A DNA stretch of 63,402 nucleotides, filler included, from Rhabdomonas costata (GCA_019059605.1; 42 parts of 42 records of this genome joined end to end with filler, not necessarily neighbours in it); one strand, 5' to 3'; positions 51,310 through 63,293 are shown, counted from the whole stretch's first letter. Notes: generated by a model from the sequence alone, not told the origin. Numbers and translations: made by a program.

Positions 51310-51807
51310 ACACANNNNNNNNNNNNNNNNNNNNNNNNNNNNNNNNNNNNNNNNNNNNTTAATTAATTAANNNNNNNNNNNNNNNNNNNNNNNNNNNNNN
51401 NNNNNNNNNNNNNNGTGGGTGTGTGAAAAATAATATGTATGTTATATAAAATTAATTCTTTATATAACATACATATTATTTTTTACACAATATCATACAA
51501 TATCACACATGATAAATAAAAACTTATTTATTGGCACATAACAAGTTTTACATTTTGGAAATTTCAGTGCATTGTATTTTATATTTTGATTACATATACA
51601 ATGATATATAACGTTACAAAATTGCACATATCATGAACAATTTATCGATACATTAAAACTTATACATACAATTCCAATATTTGTTTTTATAAAATCTTTT
51701 TATAGAAAATTTTAATTTTTAAAAATTCTTATTTCCACAGCCCTAAATATTTACAATTTAAAATAATTTTTAAATGATTTAAATAAAATATGTAATTATG
51801 TACTATA

Positions 51808-52338
51808 ATGAATACTAATTATGAATCATGGAAAATAAATGTGACAACACTTTTGAACAAAATTATGGATGATAATGACAAATCAATATTTACACAAGAA
51901 AAGTGTAAACCAACAAACGAATTAATTAATATATTACCTCTAGAAAAAAGTGATGATAAACTATCACATCACCATGATATAATATTATCTCAATCAAATA
52001 ATAAATTTGTTAAAGAAACACATGAATCTTGCCAAAGATTATATAATATTATTGAAGAAGTAATAAATAATCCAATATATAAAAATAATAGAAGTTATGA
52101 TTTATCACATGTAGAAAATAGAATGGGTTTGTTAACAAAATTACCATTTATAAACAATTTTTTTATTTATAATTCCATGCAGAAAAAGTATTTTTTTCAA
52201 ATTAAATTTGAAGAGTACTATACTAAATGTAATGAAGTTCAAAATATTATTAAAACAAATAAAGATTACGTAAGTGATCTAACCATCAAAGTAAAAAATA
52301 TTAACAATGATCATATTGTTACATATCGACTTCATTAA
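51808..52338 (+). CDS. Orphan 176-aa N/K/I-rich protein on a very AT-rich contig
   Basis: Intronless 531-bp ORF in ~20% GC DNA (hand estimate), unlikely by chance at this composition; TATAATG start context. Confidence 0.7.
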   Translation: MNTNYESWKINVTTLLNKIMDDNDKSIFTQEKCKPTNELINILPLEKSDDKLSHHHDIILSQSNNKFVKETHESCQRLYNIIEEVINNPIYKNNRSYDLSHVENRMGLLTKLPFINNFFIYNSMQKKYFFQIKFEEYYTKCNEVQNIIKTNKDYVSDLTIKVKNINNDHIVTYRLH

Positions 52339-52682
52339 AAAATATATTTTTTACAAAAGAAATATTTAATTAATAATCTCCAATTTAAATTTCTTATTTC
52401 CACATTGTAAATCTTACATTACATCTTAGTAATTATTTTTATAAAATATTTATTGTTTTATAAAAAATATATTTTGTATATGCAATGTCGAAGTTTCAAC
52501 AAATTGAAATTTCCAAATTAAAAGCTTATTTATAAGCTTTGAATTGTAATAAACACATTAATATATACACTTATTATCATTAAATACATTTTTATTATTT
52601 ATTTATAAAATTTATTTGTACCTACATGCAAATTTTATCACAGTAAAATTATGTAAACATATTTTCAATATATATACACAAT

Positions 52683-52712
52683 AATATAACAAATAAATTT
52701 ATTTGTTATATT
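52683..52712. other. Perfect 30-bp palindrome
   Basis: AATATAACAAATAAA|TTTATTTGTTATATT; another near-perfect palindrome lies at 52521-52540. Confidence 0.9.
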
Positions 52713-53035
52713 TACATGTAACCTTTCATTTCTTCAGAAATTTTATGTCTATATCTTTTAATGTTATTTTGTAATTGTTCATCATTTATAGTAAATTTAC
52801 TTTTTATGTGAGCACCCACCACCCACNNNNNNNNNNNNNNNNNNNNNNNNNNNNNNNNNNNNNNNNNNNNTTAATTAATTAANNNNNNNNNNNNNNNNNN
52901 NNNNNNNNNNNNNNNNNNNNNNNNNNCCACATGCAAGGACGGAATTTTCTCACAATTTTTTTTTAAAGTTTTAACGATCTACGGGACGGGAACCGGAAAC
53001 AAAGACCATTGACCAAAGACCATTAGCTACGAAAC

Positions 53036-53251
53036 CTGGTTGTGCGCCGCCGCGCTGTTGCGGAGGTAGGCGCTGATGATGGGGAACCCTCCGCTGCGGC
53101 AGTCCGAGATGTTCTTGCACGGCTCCCCAGAGCTGTCAAGGGGCTGCAGCGGAGTGGTCAACACTGTAGCCAGGCGCAGCACCGCGGCGCCCTCGAGAGT
53201 CCCCGCGCAGAGCCAAAACACCAGCAGAGCAACGGGAAGATGGGGCGGCAT
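53036..53251 (-). CDS. First exon of a secreted protein, possibly 5'-nucleotidase/metallophosphoesterase-like
   Basis: Signal peptide MPPHLPVALLVFWLCAGTLEG, then LQPLDSSGEPCKNISDCRSGGFPIISAYLR, resembling the C..C.GG pattern of 5'-nucleotidases; CAG|GTTTCG donor. Confidence 0.5.
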
Positions 53252-53602
53252 CCGGCCCCAAGAGTGGAGCACACGCACACACACACACACAAGTGAACCA
53301 AAAAGAAAAACAACAAAAAACTCGGTGACACACAGTGAGGTATAACGTCTGAGGTAGGAGAGCCGCGATTCCAATTGGGAAGCACAGGCGGGCTCGGGAC
53401 GAGAAGGACGCCACTCAAAGGGGCTGTTGTATGTTGGGGAGGGGGGTGCCAAAAGCTTTAACCCCGTTAAACGATCGAAAACAACAAAATCCACATCTAG
53501 GGGGAAGCAGAACAGTATAACAAACCCCGTAACATGAAAGCGTCATCTAGTGGGCACAGGCACACTGCTCGGAAAATAACTCCGAAAGACGGAAATTTGT
53601 GG

Positions 53603-53790
53603 TGTTCAACGGTGTTAATCGTTTAACACCGCTAAACATCCAAAAGTCAAATTATTGAAAAAATTATTGCATGACCCCCTCCCAGACCGCGCCACGCGGG
53701 GCAGCCCGCCTCTGCCGCTGGCCTCCGCCCATTAACTAGTGTCTCAATCGAACTGCACTTGCATTGTTTAACGGCGTTAAACGTTGAACA
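53603..53790. mobile_element. MITE-like element with imperfect terminal inverted repeats
   Basis: Outer TGTTCAACG/CGTTGAACA; inner GTTTAACACCGCTAAACA versus the reverse complement of TGTTTAACGGCGTTAAAC (16/18 match); related motif at ~61428. Confidence 0.5.
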
Positions 53791-54916
53791 AAAAATACAA
53801 TTGTCACAATCTAAAGGTGTGTGGTCAGCGCAAGGCAGTCACTCGCTCCTTTGAAAAAACTACCAGAGCCTAAAACAAACGCAATATCTGGAAACCTGGA
53901 GAGGCCAGTTCTCCAGATCTGCCATTCCTGAATGCGCCGAGATGCACGAAAACCATAAAAACTTCCAATCCGAGGTGAGAACTGATCGCAAAGTGGATAC
54001 TCGATGCTCGAAAGGACACCTAATACATCCCGACGCCTTTCAAGTGGTTCCAGATTGTCTGGCCCTGCAGTGTAACCAAGTCCTTACTCTACCCCCAAAA
54101 ATCAAGAATGACACAGTAGAGACGTTGATGCAAAGGGGAGAAGAAGCTGTCATGACAAGTAGCGCACCAAGAAACTCTCCTCTGAGAGGTGAACACGATG
54201 CAGTTTTTGACACATCCAAAACAGCTACAAACATTCGTGCACGAGCAAGGAGCAAAGTCGGACAAGACGATGGGCACATGAAAGAAAACGCTACAGGCCA
54301 GCCGAAGCAGGCGCACACACACAACACGGCATGCCCAANNNNNNNNNNNNNNNNNNNNNNNNNNNNNNNNNNNNNNNNNNNNTTAATTAATTAANNNNNN
54401 NNNNNNNNNNNNNNNNNNNNNNNNNNNNNNNNNNNNNNGAGGGGTGTTTTTCTTATGCCGTTGGTGGCCTTTTTGAGTCCTCTCATGGCCTTTGTACTGT
54501 TGTTGTGCATGCACTGTATATATACTTCACTGTCGTGGAATCTGCTTTTCCCGGAATCTGCGCATTTTGCAGAAAAAGGAATCTCTAGTCGTTAATGCAG
54601 CAAATATTTTTATGGAGGGGAGTGGGTTGTTTTTGTGGCTTAAAGGGTTATTGTCGTAGCTGCCGTGTTTTAACGAACTTCTTGCCGTGGAAGCAAGTCG
54701 AGAATCTCTTTGTGTCCTGCTGACATGCGTCACTGCAAGCTGGTCTTCCCCGGTGTCCACTGTCTGGTTTTCAATTAATTTCGCGTTTTTTTTTTGGATT
54801 CTTTCAGCGCGATGTGATTTCATAACGTCTGGATTTCTGATGCCGGTTGCCGTCTTCTGGATTTAGCCTCGGTTTGCTTCTTTCGCATCCCTTTGACTGT
54901 CCAGTGGCCTCCACCA

Positions 54917-55850
54917 ATGGATTCTCTCCCCAATGACGTCCTGCTGCACATCTTTGGATACTTTTGGAGCCATGCACTTTGCCTCACAAACGAACGGTGG
55001 AGCTCCCTGGTGCACCTCGTGCACGTGGGTCGTGTCAATACCATTGCTTGTGCGTCCCCCGGAGCTCGCCATGGGAAATTCCTACCGGGCGTCCTCAATC
55101 CCCAGGATCCGTTTCCAGATCTGCTGTGGCCGCACAAAGTTAGGAGCGCGGCAATATTGTTTGTGAAGACTCCCCTACAGCCCACTCTGAATCTGCTTCT
55201 CCGCCTTGAACAGTGCCCCCGGCTCACAGCACTGACTCTGGCCTCCGAGCCTCCTAACCCGCCCCTTCTGAAGGCCCACAAGAAAGCACTGAATCAGCTG
55301 TTGCCCAGACTCCGTCGGGTACGTATCTTCGCTCAGGAGTCGGGGTACATTGATGGCCTGGATTGGAGTCAGGCCGAGCAGCTTACAGAGGTGGTGGTAC
55401 ATTTGCCTCCAAGCGACTCACAGTTGTTTGTTGGAAAGTGTCCTACACTTCGGTCCCTAACCGCCGAAGCGGCGGGGAGTAGCATAGTTGTGGAAGAGCT
55501 GGGAAAGTTTTTACTTGAAGTTCCTCTTCGAGCTCTTGTTCTTAAGGACCGCTTCTCTCCGTGCTCTGACGAGCAAGGTCGGCACGCGGCCGAGGTGCTG
55601 GCTTGTTCGTTGGAGGAGCTGTCCCTGGACTGCTTCTGCCCCAGCGCCTTTCCAGGGCTTCTGGGCGCCTTGTGCCGGTCCACCCTTCTCCGATGCCTTC
55701 GGGTTGGCATCGTTGGAAACTTCTTGGAGCTATATGGCCCCTCCGGAGGGGCCCAGGGCCTGGCTCAACTGTGTGCCTTGCCCAACCTTCAGCGACTCCA
55801 TTTGGATTTCCAATACTTTGTGGGCCCACCCCTGCCGCTGACCCAACCAC
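54917..55850 (+). CDS. F-box plus leucine-rich-repeat protein (3' truncated)
   Basis: N-terminal F-box MDSLPNDVLLHIFGYF...W, followed by LRR units CPRLTALTL, CPTLRSLT, SLEELSLD and LPNLQRLHLD; intronless for >300 codons. Confidence 0.85.
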
Positions 55851-55950
55851 NNNNNNNNNNNNNNNNNNNNNNNNNNNNNNNNNNNNNNNNNNNNTTAATT
55901 AATTAANNNNNNNNNNNNNNNNNNNNNNNNNNNNNNNNNNNNNNNNNNNN

Positions 55951-56143
55951 GGTGTGGGTGGGAGTGTTTGCCCGAACGGGGGTGGAGATGGAGGCGCTCA
56001 CCGGGGCCTCCGTGGCTGCGCTCACGGTGTACGACATGTGCAAGGGGCTCTGCAAGGGCTTGCCCTCAGGGGCGATGTTTATGCGGGAGGTTGTGCTTCT
56101 GAGGAAGACTAAATCAGAGCCTGTGCCGGGCAGTACGTCCTGA
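55951..56143 (+). CDS. moaC: Cyclic pyranopterin monophosphate synthase (MoaC/Cnx3/MOCS1B) C-terminal exon
   Basis: [24 protein letters not shown] signature followed by a stop. Confidence 0.92.
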
Positions 56144-57620
56144 GGGCCCATGTCTCTCCTTGACGATGACGGACATCAACGCTACGTTCTCCTAAGTTGT
56201 GTTCCGGGAGTTCCACCTCTTCAACCGAACGAAGACGCTTGCCTCGACGCTGATGGGAAATACGGCACGCATGCGGCGTACGGCTATGGAAGGAGCAAGA
56301 AACTCAGAAAGGGATTGACGTCTGACACTTGTTCTTGATATGAGCACTTTCTTGCTGTCTTTTTGCACGGGATGCTCAGTGCATCTACAGCTGCAAAGGT
56401 CGGAAGGGTAGAATCGTGCGTCAACGAGACTTTTGCGATGGTTAACCTGTAGTGATCCACATCACTCCAACCTTAAACCAGATGTTCTAAGACACCAGTC
56501 TCTGTTCACATCAAGCGTGCCTTTTCAGGGTTCAACACACTGGGTTCGAAGTGCCTCGGTATTTCGGTATCACTCGGTATTTCTGCCCCCAGAGTCTTTC
56601 CCAACGGTTACTGGCGTTTTCAGATCGGCGTGCTTTTCTGCTGTTCACGTACTTTTCTGCTCACGAAAAACTCGTCAAAAATCTCTGATTCATCTTTGCT
56701 TCTTTCGGGAAGGGGTTTCCCCCGTGATCACGATGGCAGACCAAACTGCTCCCCAGGTTTATCGTGGGGGTGGATGTGTAATGTGTGAAGTGCATGCTTG
56801 CATATGCGTGCATGAGCTTAGTGGTGGTAGTTTTTCTGCGAATTTCTGGTGTTTGTCTCCCAGAACGGCAGTTGCCGGAAATGCAGCAGTCCAGACAGTC
56901 TCAGTGGTAATCTTTCAATCGATCCTGAGCTTATCTGAGCAGTATCTTATTTCAAGTTATTTTAGTTCAGTGATCCTTTCAATTCTTCTGTTAACCGCGC
57001 GTCAGTCCTGTGAAGGGCCTCCATCCGTCCTGTGCTTGTCTCGTGATTTTTGAAATGACGAAGCGTTGTGCGTTCAGACATTTGTACTTTTCCATGCCTT
57101 TGGGACTTCGGGAGAGCGGGTGTAATTTCGCGCTATGCAGGGCCAAAGGTCGATTCCCTGCCGCACCTTCATGGATGAGATTATCGCAGCTTCCAATGCG
57201 GCGGCTGCGGAGCCCACGTCCTCTTCCCCCGCGGTGGACCAAACAAAAGCAGGCGCTTCCACAACCCAGTCTTCCCCAGCATCAGTTTCAGTTTCAGTGA
57301 AGAAAAGGAGTCCAACCCCCGTAAACCCGGAAATTGCATGCACTGGAACGCCCACACACCACNNNNNNNNNNNNNNNNNNNNNNNNNNNNNNNNNNNNNN
57401 NNNNNNTTAATTAATTAANNNNNNNNNNNNNNNNNNNNNNNNNNNNNNNNNNNNNNNNNNNNGTTGTTGTGTCAGTCTGTTGGTGCCTGAACGGAGGCCA
57501 GCAGAGGATGTGATTGGGAACTGCTGGAAGGTCCCCCAGAACTACAAAAAGGGTGTTGGATTTTGATCACTGGACATTAAAACACACACATTCTTGGAGC
57601 AAACCTCCATCATTATTTAG

Positions 57621-58860
57621 GTTACCAAGGTGGTCGCTGGCCTGCGCCGCCCCAACACCCGCACCGCGCTCTGGAATAAGCTGAGTGGAAAGAAGAGTGT
57701 GGGTGTGGTGGGGGACATGATCACCGTGACCGCGGCGAAGGCTCTCGCCGAGGCGATCAGCACCAAAGGTGAGGATGGGCTATGGATTCCTTCTGCCGAC
57801 TTCGCTAACAGGACCAGCACGCGGTTGCAAAGTTTGATAGTTCCACCGTTAACCTTCCAGAGACGAAACTGGTCGACTGGATAAGGGGTCTTTTGCTGGC
57901 TATGGTTTCTCTTAGATTTACCTCTTTGTCGTGCTACAAAGCTGCTGAAAGTTCCCAAAACGAAGCAAGTCTTTCGAACCTTTGCGCCCCAGAATTTCTA
58001 TGTGTGTGTGTGTGTGTGTGTGTTGGCCATCGTCCCAGAGAAACGAGGAATTTGCAAAGGACTTTCGCATCCTTGAGGAAATTCCATCACGCCGGTGAAC
58101 TTTACCTTGCCTGTGTTGAGGGAATGGCGTTTCTTTTTGCCTCACAGAGCGCCGGTACACCATCAACGACGTGCTGGTGGGGATGGTGGGGGGAGCCTTC
58201 CGGAGGTACTTCAGGGACCAGGGCATGAACCCGGACAAGATGGTGCTGGGGTGCGCCGTGCCTGTGAACATCCGGTCCCCGAAGGAGGAAGTCCGAGCGG
58301 AGAACCGCTTCACTCTGGTATTTGGCTGTATTGTGCTTGCATGTGGGTCATTGCGTCTTGGCACATCTTCACCACAGCTCCAGACCGATACAATTCTCCA
58401 GTATTAGCTAAATGACCCTTGGGAAAGGCAGTTCCACAGATGCACGCATAGGATGTTGGGCATCAGCAAAAAAAAAGTTCACCCTCCCCCCTGGAAGAAA
58501 GTCATTTTCGGCCGATTGAGCCCGTTCTAGTGAGTTGTAGAGGTTAACGTCCCCCAGACCAGATCGCTTGGCTTTCTGTCTGGGACTCGGTAGTGTACTT
58601 CAGAGGAGAGGTTGGCGACCAATGTGTCACAGTGGTTTGGTTTCTCGTCGTTCATTGCAGGCCTGCGAATGGAAGGGTTTTTATTTGGGATCAGGTTTTT
58701 GCCTCTCTGCCCGTCCACCTGGAGCGCGCCATGGACCGAGTGAAGTACATGCACGACTGCATGGAGGACATCAAGAAAGGCTTCGAGCCCCTGGCCGGGG
58801 TGTTCCTGATTAAGTCGCTGAACTATCTCCCGCAGTTTGTGATGGACAGGGTCTTCCCTT
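57621..58860 (+). CDS. Wax ester synthase/diacylglycerol acyltransferase (WS/DGAT), exons 57621-57768, 58148-58317 and 58695-contig end
   Basis: YTINDVLVGMVGGAFRRYF...AVPVNIRS...ENRFTL|VFASLPV...RVKYMHDCMEDIK matches the WS/DGAT TxNDV, xxPVNxR and GNxF..LP motifs; intron phases consistent. Confidence 0.88.
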
Positions 58861-59178
58861 CCCCACACCCCAACNNNNNNNNNNNNNNNNNNNNNNNNNN
58901 NNNNNNNNNNNNNNNNNNTTAATTAATTAANNNNNNNNNNNNNNNNNNNNNNNNNNNNNNNNNNNNNNNNNNNNGCACTTCGGTTCTTTTTTTTTACGGT
59001 ACGCACGCTGCCTGCATGCCGCTGTGCATATACCGCCCACCGGAGATCGGTGTCCAGGTTGCTGTCATTGAGCTTCGCTCTCAGTGATCTATTGGCCCCC
59101 TTCCGAAGCAAAATGTGCATCAACGTACGCTGGCGGGTGCCTGCCGAGTTTCAAAAGGTGCCTTTCCTCCTCCCACAG

Positions 59179-60082
59179 GCAGAAGCTTCCAGGCTATCCC
59201 ATTGACCTGTACGTGCCCCCTCTGGACGCTTCGGGGCTGCGTGGGCTGGTCTCTGAGGTGCTGAGAATGGCTCCGCAGGACGTGGACCTGACCGTGGAGA
59301 CCCTGCTGCACGCCACCGAGGGGATCCCCTTCTACGCCAGGCCCGTTTTTCTTTTTTCGAACGCGCTCTACCGTTTTATGCTGTACCTGTGGGGGTGCAT
59401 GTCGGAATGGTTTTAGGGAATAAATGAATAGGCGTCTCTCTGCGTTTCCTCTCGAGGCAGTTCTACGTGTACTTCTGCCGATTTTTGTTCCTTAAATGCG
59501 GCACAGGCTCCCTCCTGAACAGAAGTGACCCCGGGAATCCATAGAGATGGAGATGACGCAACGGACTTCGCTGCAACCCGACCGAACTAATGTCGATCTG
59601 GCTGTGTGAGCGTTGCTCCCCAATCACCATCCCTGCGGGGGTGACCAGCATCATTGAAGAAGGCGGATACACCCACTCAGGCACCCAGGAAAAGCTGCAG
59701 TCGTCCCGTGCTCATCGCTCTTTGTGAGTTGATGTTTGACCGTCACGCCTGTGCGCAAATAAATGCAGTGCATTTCAGGTGCGGCCAGAACATTTCTTTC
59801 TCCTTTGACGTCCTTGTGTGGTTTGGTCTCAGGCAGGTGATGACCCAGCTGTACCGCACCGGAGTGTTCCCGTACCATCCCGAGCGGGAGGCCTGGGTGA
59901 TCGCGCCGACCGCGCTGCAGGCCTGGGCGCAGCGCCCCGAGGTCAGCCACCTCCGCCAGGGCGAGCCCGAGAGGTACCTCCTGGAGCTACTCCGTGAGAT
60001 CCCCACGGCTTCCAGGGAGCTCCTCGCCGCCGCCACCGCGCTGGACCACGCGTTCACGTTGCGGCAGCTGCAGAGCTTGCAG
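59179..60082 (+). CDS. STAND-class (COG3899/AAA_16-type) ATPase helical/winged-helix region, exons 59179-59340 and 59833-60082
   Basis: YVPPLDASGLRGLVSEVL...LLHATEGIPFYARQVMTQLYRTG...W...LLELLREIPTASRELLAAATALDHAF follows the LxPL...TxGNPFF..Q.L..L...W...LP..R.LL..AA.LG..F pattern. Confidence 0.72.
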
Positions 60083-63000
60083 GTGCACCCCCGGGTTCCC
60101 ATCATTGTCTGTCAACACCCTGATTTGAACTTACCAAGTGAAAGGCCCTGATTAAAAAGAAATAGCAAAGCTCATCGGGTGGTCTACAAGCAGCGCAGTA
60201 AATGGGGTCCCTCAATTTCGACGACGGAGGAAGGAGGATCGCCGACAGAACAGAAATCTTCTGTTGGCATACCTCAAGGACCCATGTATCGCAATCATAG
60301 CAATGGCAATTTCTCTGACGAGATCCCAAAGTGAACACCCTTAAGACCGTCTGTCGAAATGTGGTATCTTCCCACCAACNNNNNNNNNNNNNNNNNNNNN
60401 NNNNNNNNNNNNNNNNNNNNNNNTTAATTAATTAANNNNNNNNNNNNNNNNNNNNNNNNNNNNNNNNNNNNNNNNNNNNGGGTGGGGTGTACGGGCTGCA
60501 ATGATGGGAGTATTGGCGGAGGGTGGGGGGAACCACCGAAGCGGAAGGTCTAAAACAGAGTACTGCTCACCGCAGTGGCTTACGAAACCTGACCCTTAGG
60601 TTTCTCCACATCAAGAATCGTACTAACATACCTGCCCCAAGTCGGACTATTTCTTGCAGGGACAGAAGCTGGGCCTTCGCGCTTTCCTTTCATCCTTCAC
60701 CACTCTACCCGTATGTGTGCCTCTTGTCTCTTCTTTTACTCATTGTGCACGGCTTGTTATGCGATTAAAGGGAGTTCTTGGTGACTTGACCAAAAAGGTT
60801 ACGCGTAAGTTATAAGCAAAGAATTTCGCTGCCACCAATCTTGATGAAAAAGTTATACGGAGACCAACTTGCGCGAAATCGGAGCGCGTCAAAACCTGAG
60901 TTGAGGGGGAGAGCCGATGCAGCTCCTTGAGCAGGGCCAGGGAGATTTCGTGCAGGCTTTGCACACGGTGCAGCCACTCCTAAGAAATATGGAAGAGAAA
61001 GAAACAGGGCGATGGTCTGGACCAGAAACGTAACCCTATCCATCGTTCTTGGTAAATGGTGGGTTTCGAACATCACACCAAGAAAACCTCAAACCCAAAC
61101 AATCTGAGATGTGGGAGCGTAGTTGACTTGGGACAGAGAAGAGATAAGATGACTGCTGGGAGTGTTGCACGTTCAATGGTACGAGAGGCTCTAGTTTTGA
61201 CCCCATCTAACAACGTCACAATGTCCTGTGTTGAAAGTCCAGCGCAGACAACAGCACAGAGGAGAGTACATATGTTTTCTCCCCGCACTCCAACCAAAAA
61301 TGTCAATGCACATAACCTGAACTCCGATGCTAACAATTCGTTCAAAAATTCATGTCAGTGTTTTCATTTTTCGTGAATGAGAACTGAATACATCCAGGGG
61401 TCCCTGGCACACCTCTGACTTCGCCGATCGTTAAACACTGCTAAACGGAGCATCAACTGCCCCAAAGAACGTCTAAATTCGGTCGCCTTCTCCAGCCGCG
61501 CCGCGGCCCTACCCCCCTAATAACAACCCTGTCCCATTTGTCTATGAGTGTGTGTGCGTGCGTGAGTGGGAGGGAGTTGGTGGTGCATACCACAGCCTCC
61601 ATTTGCCCGGCGTCGCCCGTCTCGAAGAGAGAGAACTCCATTAACACCTTGATGTATTTTTATGGCTTGCTGATTCCAAAGAACGTCAACAATGCAATGA
61701 GTGGGAGCATGACACAATGCAACATCACAGGAGAGCAGTTGTTGGAATCTTCATCGGCAACAAAAGAACAAACCGCAAAAAGGAGTGAATGTGGAGGGAA
61801 TACATGATGTTCGGGCTGCGCGACGAACGCATACCACAAGAATTGAGATTAACCACGAATCATCCTGGGAAACTCGAACCACCCCCCCCACNNNNNNNNN
61901 NNNNNNNNNNNNNNNNNNNNNNNNNNNNNNNNNNNTTAATTAATTAANNNNNNNNNNNNNNNNNNNNNNNNNNNNNNNNNNNNNNNNNNNNGTTTGTGTG
62001 TGCGAGGATGTCACCGCCGAACAGCACACCCCAGGGAGGGCAATAAAAGTTCACACAGAACATGCAGATCACAGAGAGGAATAAAAAGGGGCGATGCTCG
62101 AAAAGGGCCTCTACAGAAGGAGACCCACGGGGTTCGAACGGGGTAGACAGCGGCGTCCAAAGAGGAGGCAGGAGAAAGAAAACACGAGAGAGAGGGGGAG
62201 AGAGAGAGAGAAAAGATTGTAAGGCGGACCTCAATGTGGACGTGGTTAACACCCACCGCGATGCCCATCTCCTGAGCTAGCCCCATCAGCTCCTGGTCCA
62301 CGTCGCGGGTGTCCGACATAGCGGAAAGGAACTTGGACCGCAAGTGCGGGGCCTTTGGGGGAGCGACAGAAAAGAAACAAGCCGGTATGTACGCTCACCC
62401 TCTTAAGCGCATGCCTCGGACACTCAACCCACCATAACCCAACCTGTCGGCGTTTTTTATGCAAAGCCAGGAGCCAAAAAGAAGCAAAACAAAGAGAAGG
62501 AAGTGGTTGCAAGGGAAAGAAACTAAGTGAAAAGGAAGGGTGCCGCTGACCCTCAGCACTGCACTTTTGGGGATTCGTTTCGGGTTTCGTGCTTGCCCAC
62601 TTTGACGTGGAGAACCGGATGAAGAATTGGGCCAGCGGTTTAGAGAGTTGGTGAGCGGTGTTGCGTGACACCGAAGTGATTCGATTTTATACCTTGCTGT
62701 TGCGCTGGTATGGGGTATGGGTGCGTGAAGTACCGTTTTCGGCCTTTCCCGATTGGAGCCCGGCTCGGGACTTGCGCCGCGGGAAGGCCTCTTCGGAGAG
62801 CCAAGGCCAGGGCGTGCCTTTGGCAAAAAAAAAAAAAAAAGGATAAAATTCCCCCAGAGAATCAAGTTTTCATATGAGACTTGTTAGAAACCACCGGAAA
62901 CCAATGCCCTTTTGTTCGCACTAACGTACACTTCGTCACGCTTTGCCTAGTTTCCCGCAATTTTTAGAGCTGATCATCACGGAACTCAGCACACAACCCC

Positions 63001-63117
63001 CAAGCCGCACCCCTCGATCCCTCTCTCCGGATTCCCTCAATCCCTTCCTTGTCGCTCAACTCCTCCCCGAGCCAAGCGGACGGCAGTGGCGTGCCTTTCG
63101 GGTGGCACTTCGGACCC

Positions 63118-63293
63118 GAGGGGTGCGGAGGGACGCTCGGAAGGAGCTGCTGGTGCCCACGGAGGAGCCCAGCAGCCCAGCCGAGCCCATGGCCCGGCGG
63201 ATGGGCGCCGTGGTGGAGTCGTCGCGGAGCTTCTCCGGGCTGTTCTGCAGCGCGGAGAGTCCAAAGTGCCGCAGCAGCTGCGGGTCGTTGGGC
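63118..63293 (-). CDS. Probable exon, unknown protein
   Basis: TTTCCCAG acceptor; GC3-rich frame PNDPQLLRHFGLSALQNSPEKLRDD...; a further likely exon lies at ~62256-62352. Boundaries approximate. Confidence 0.35.

Noticed and set aside
1458-61947. Regularly spaced identical TTAATTAATTAA repeat (CRISPR-like or periodic array)
   Set aside because: It is an artificial linker inside N runs; ORFs ending in XXXLIN are artefacts, and neighbouring contigs are not genomic neighbours.
62115-62160. GGTTCGAAC B-box-like word as a tRNA
   Set aside because: No T-stem pairing or cloverleaf can be built.
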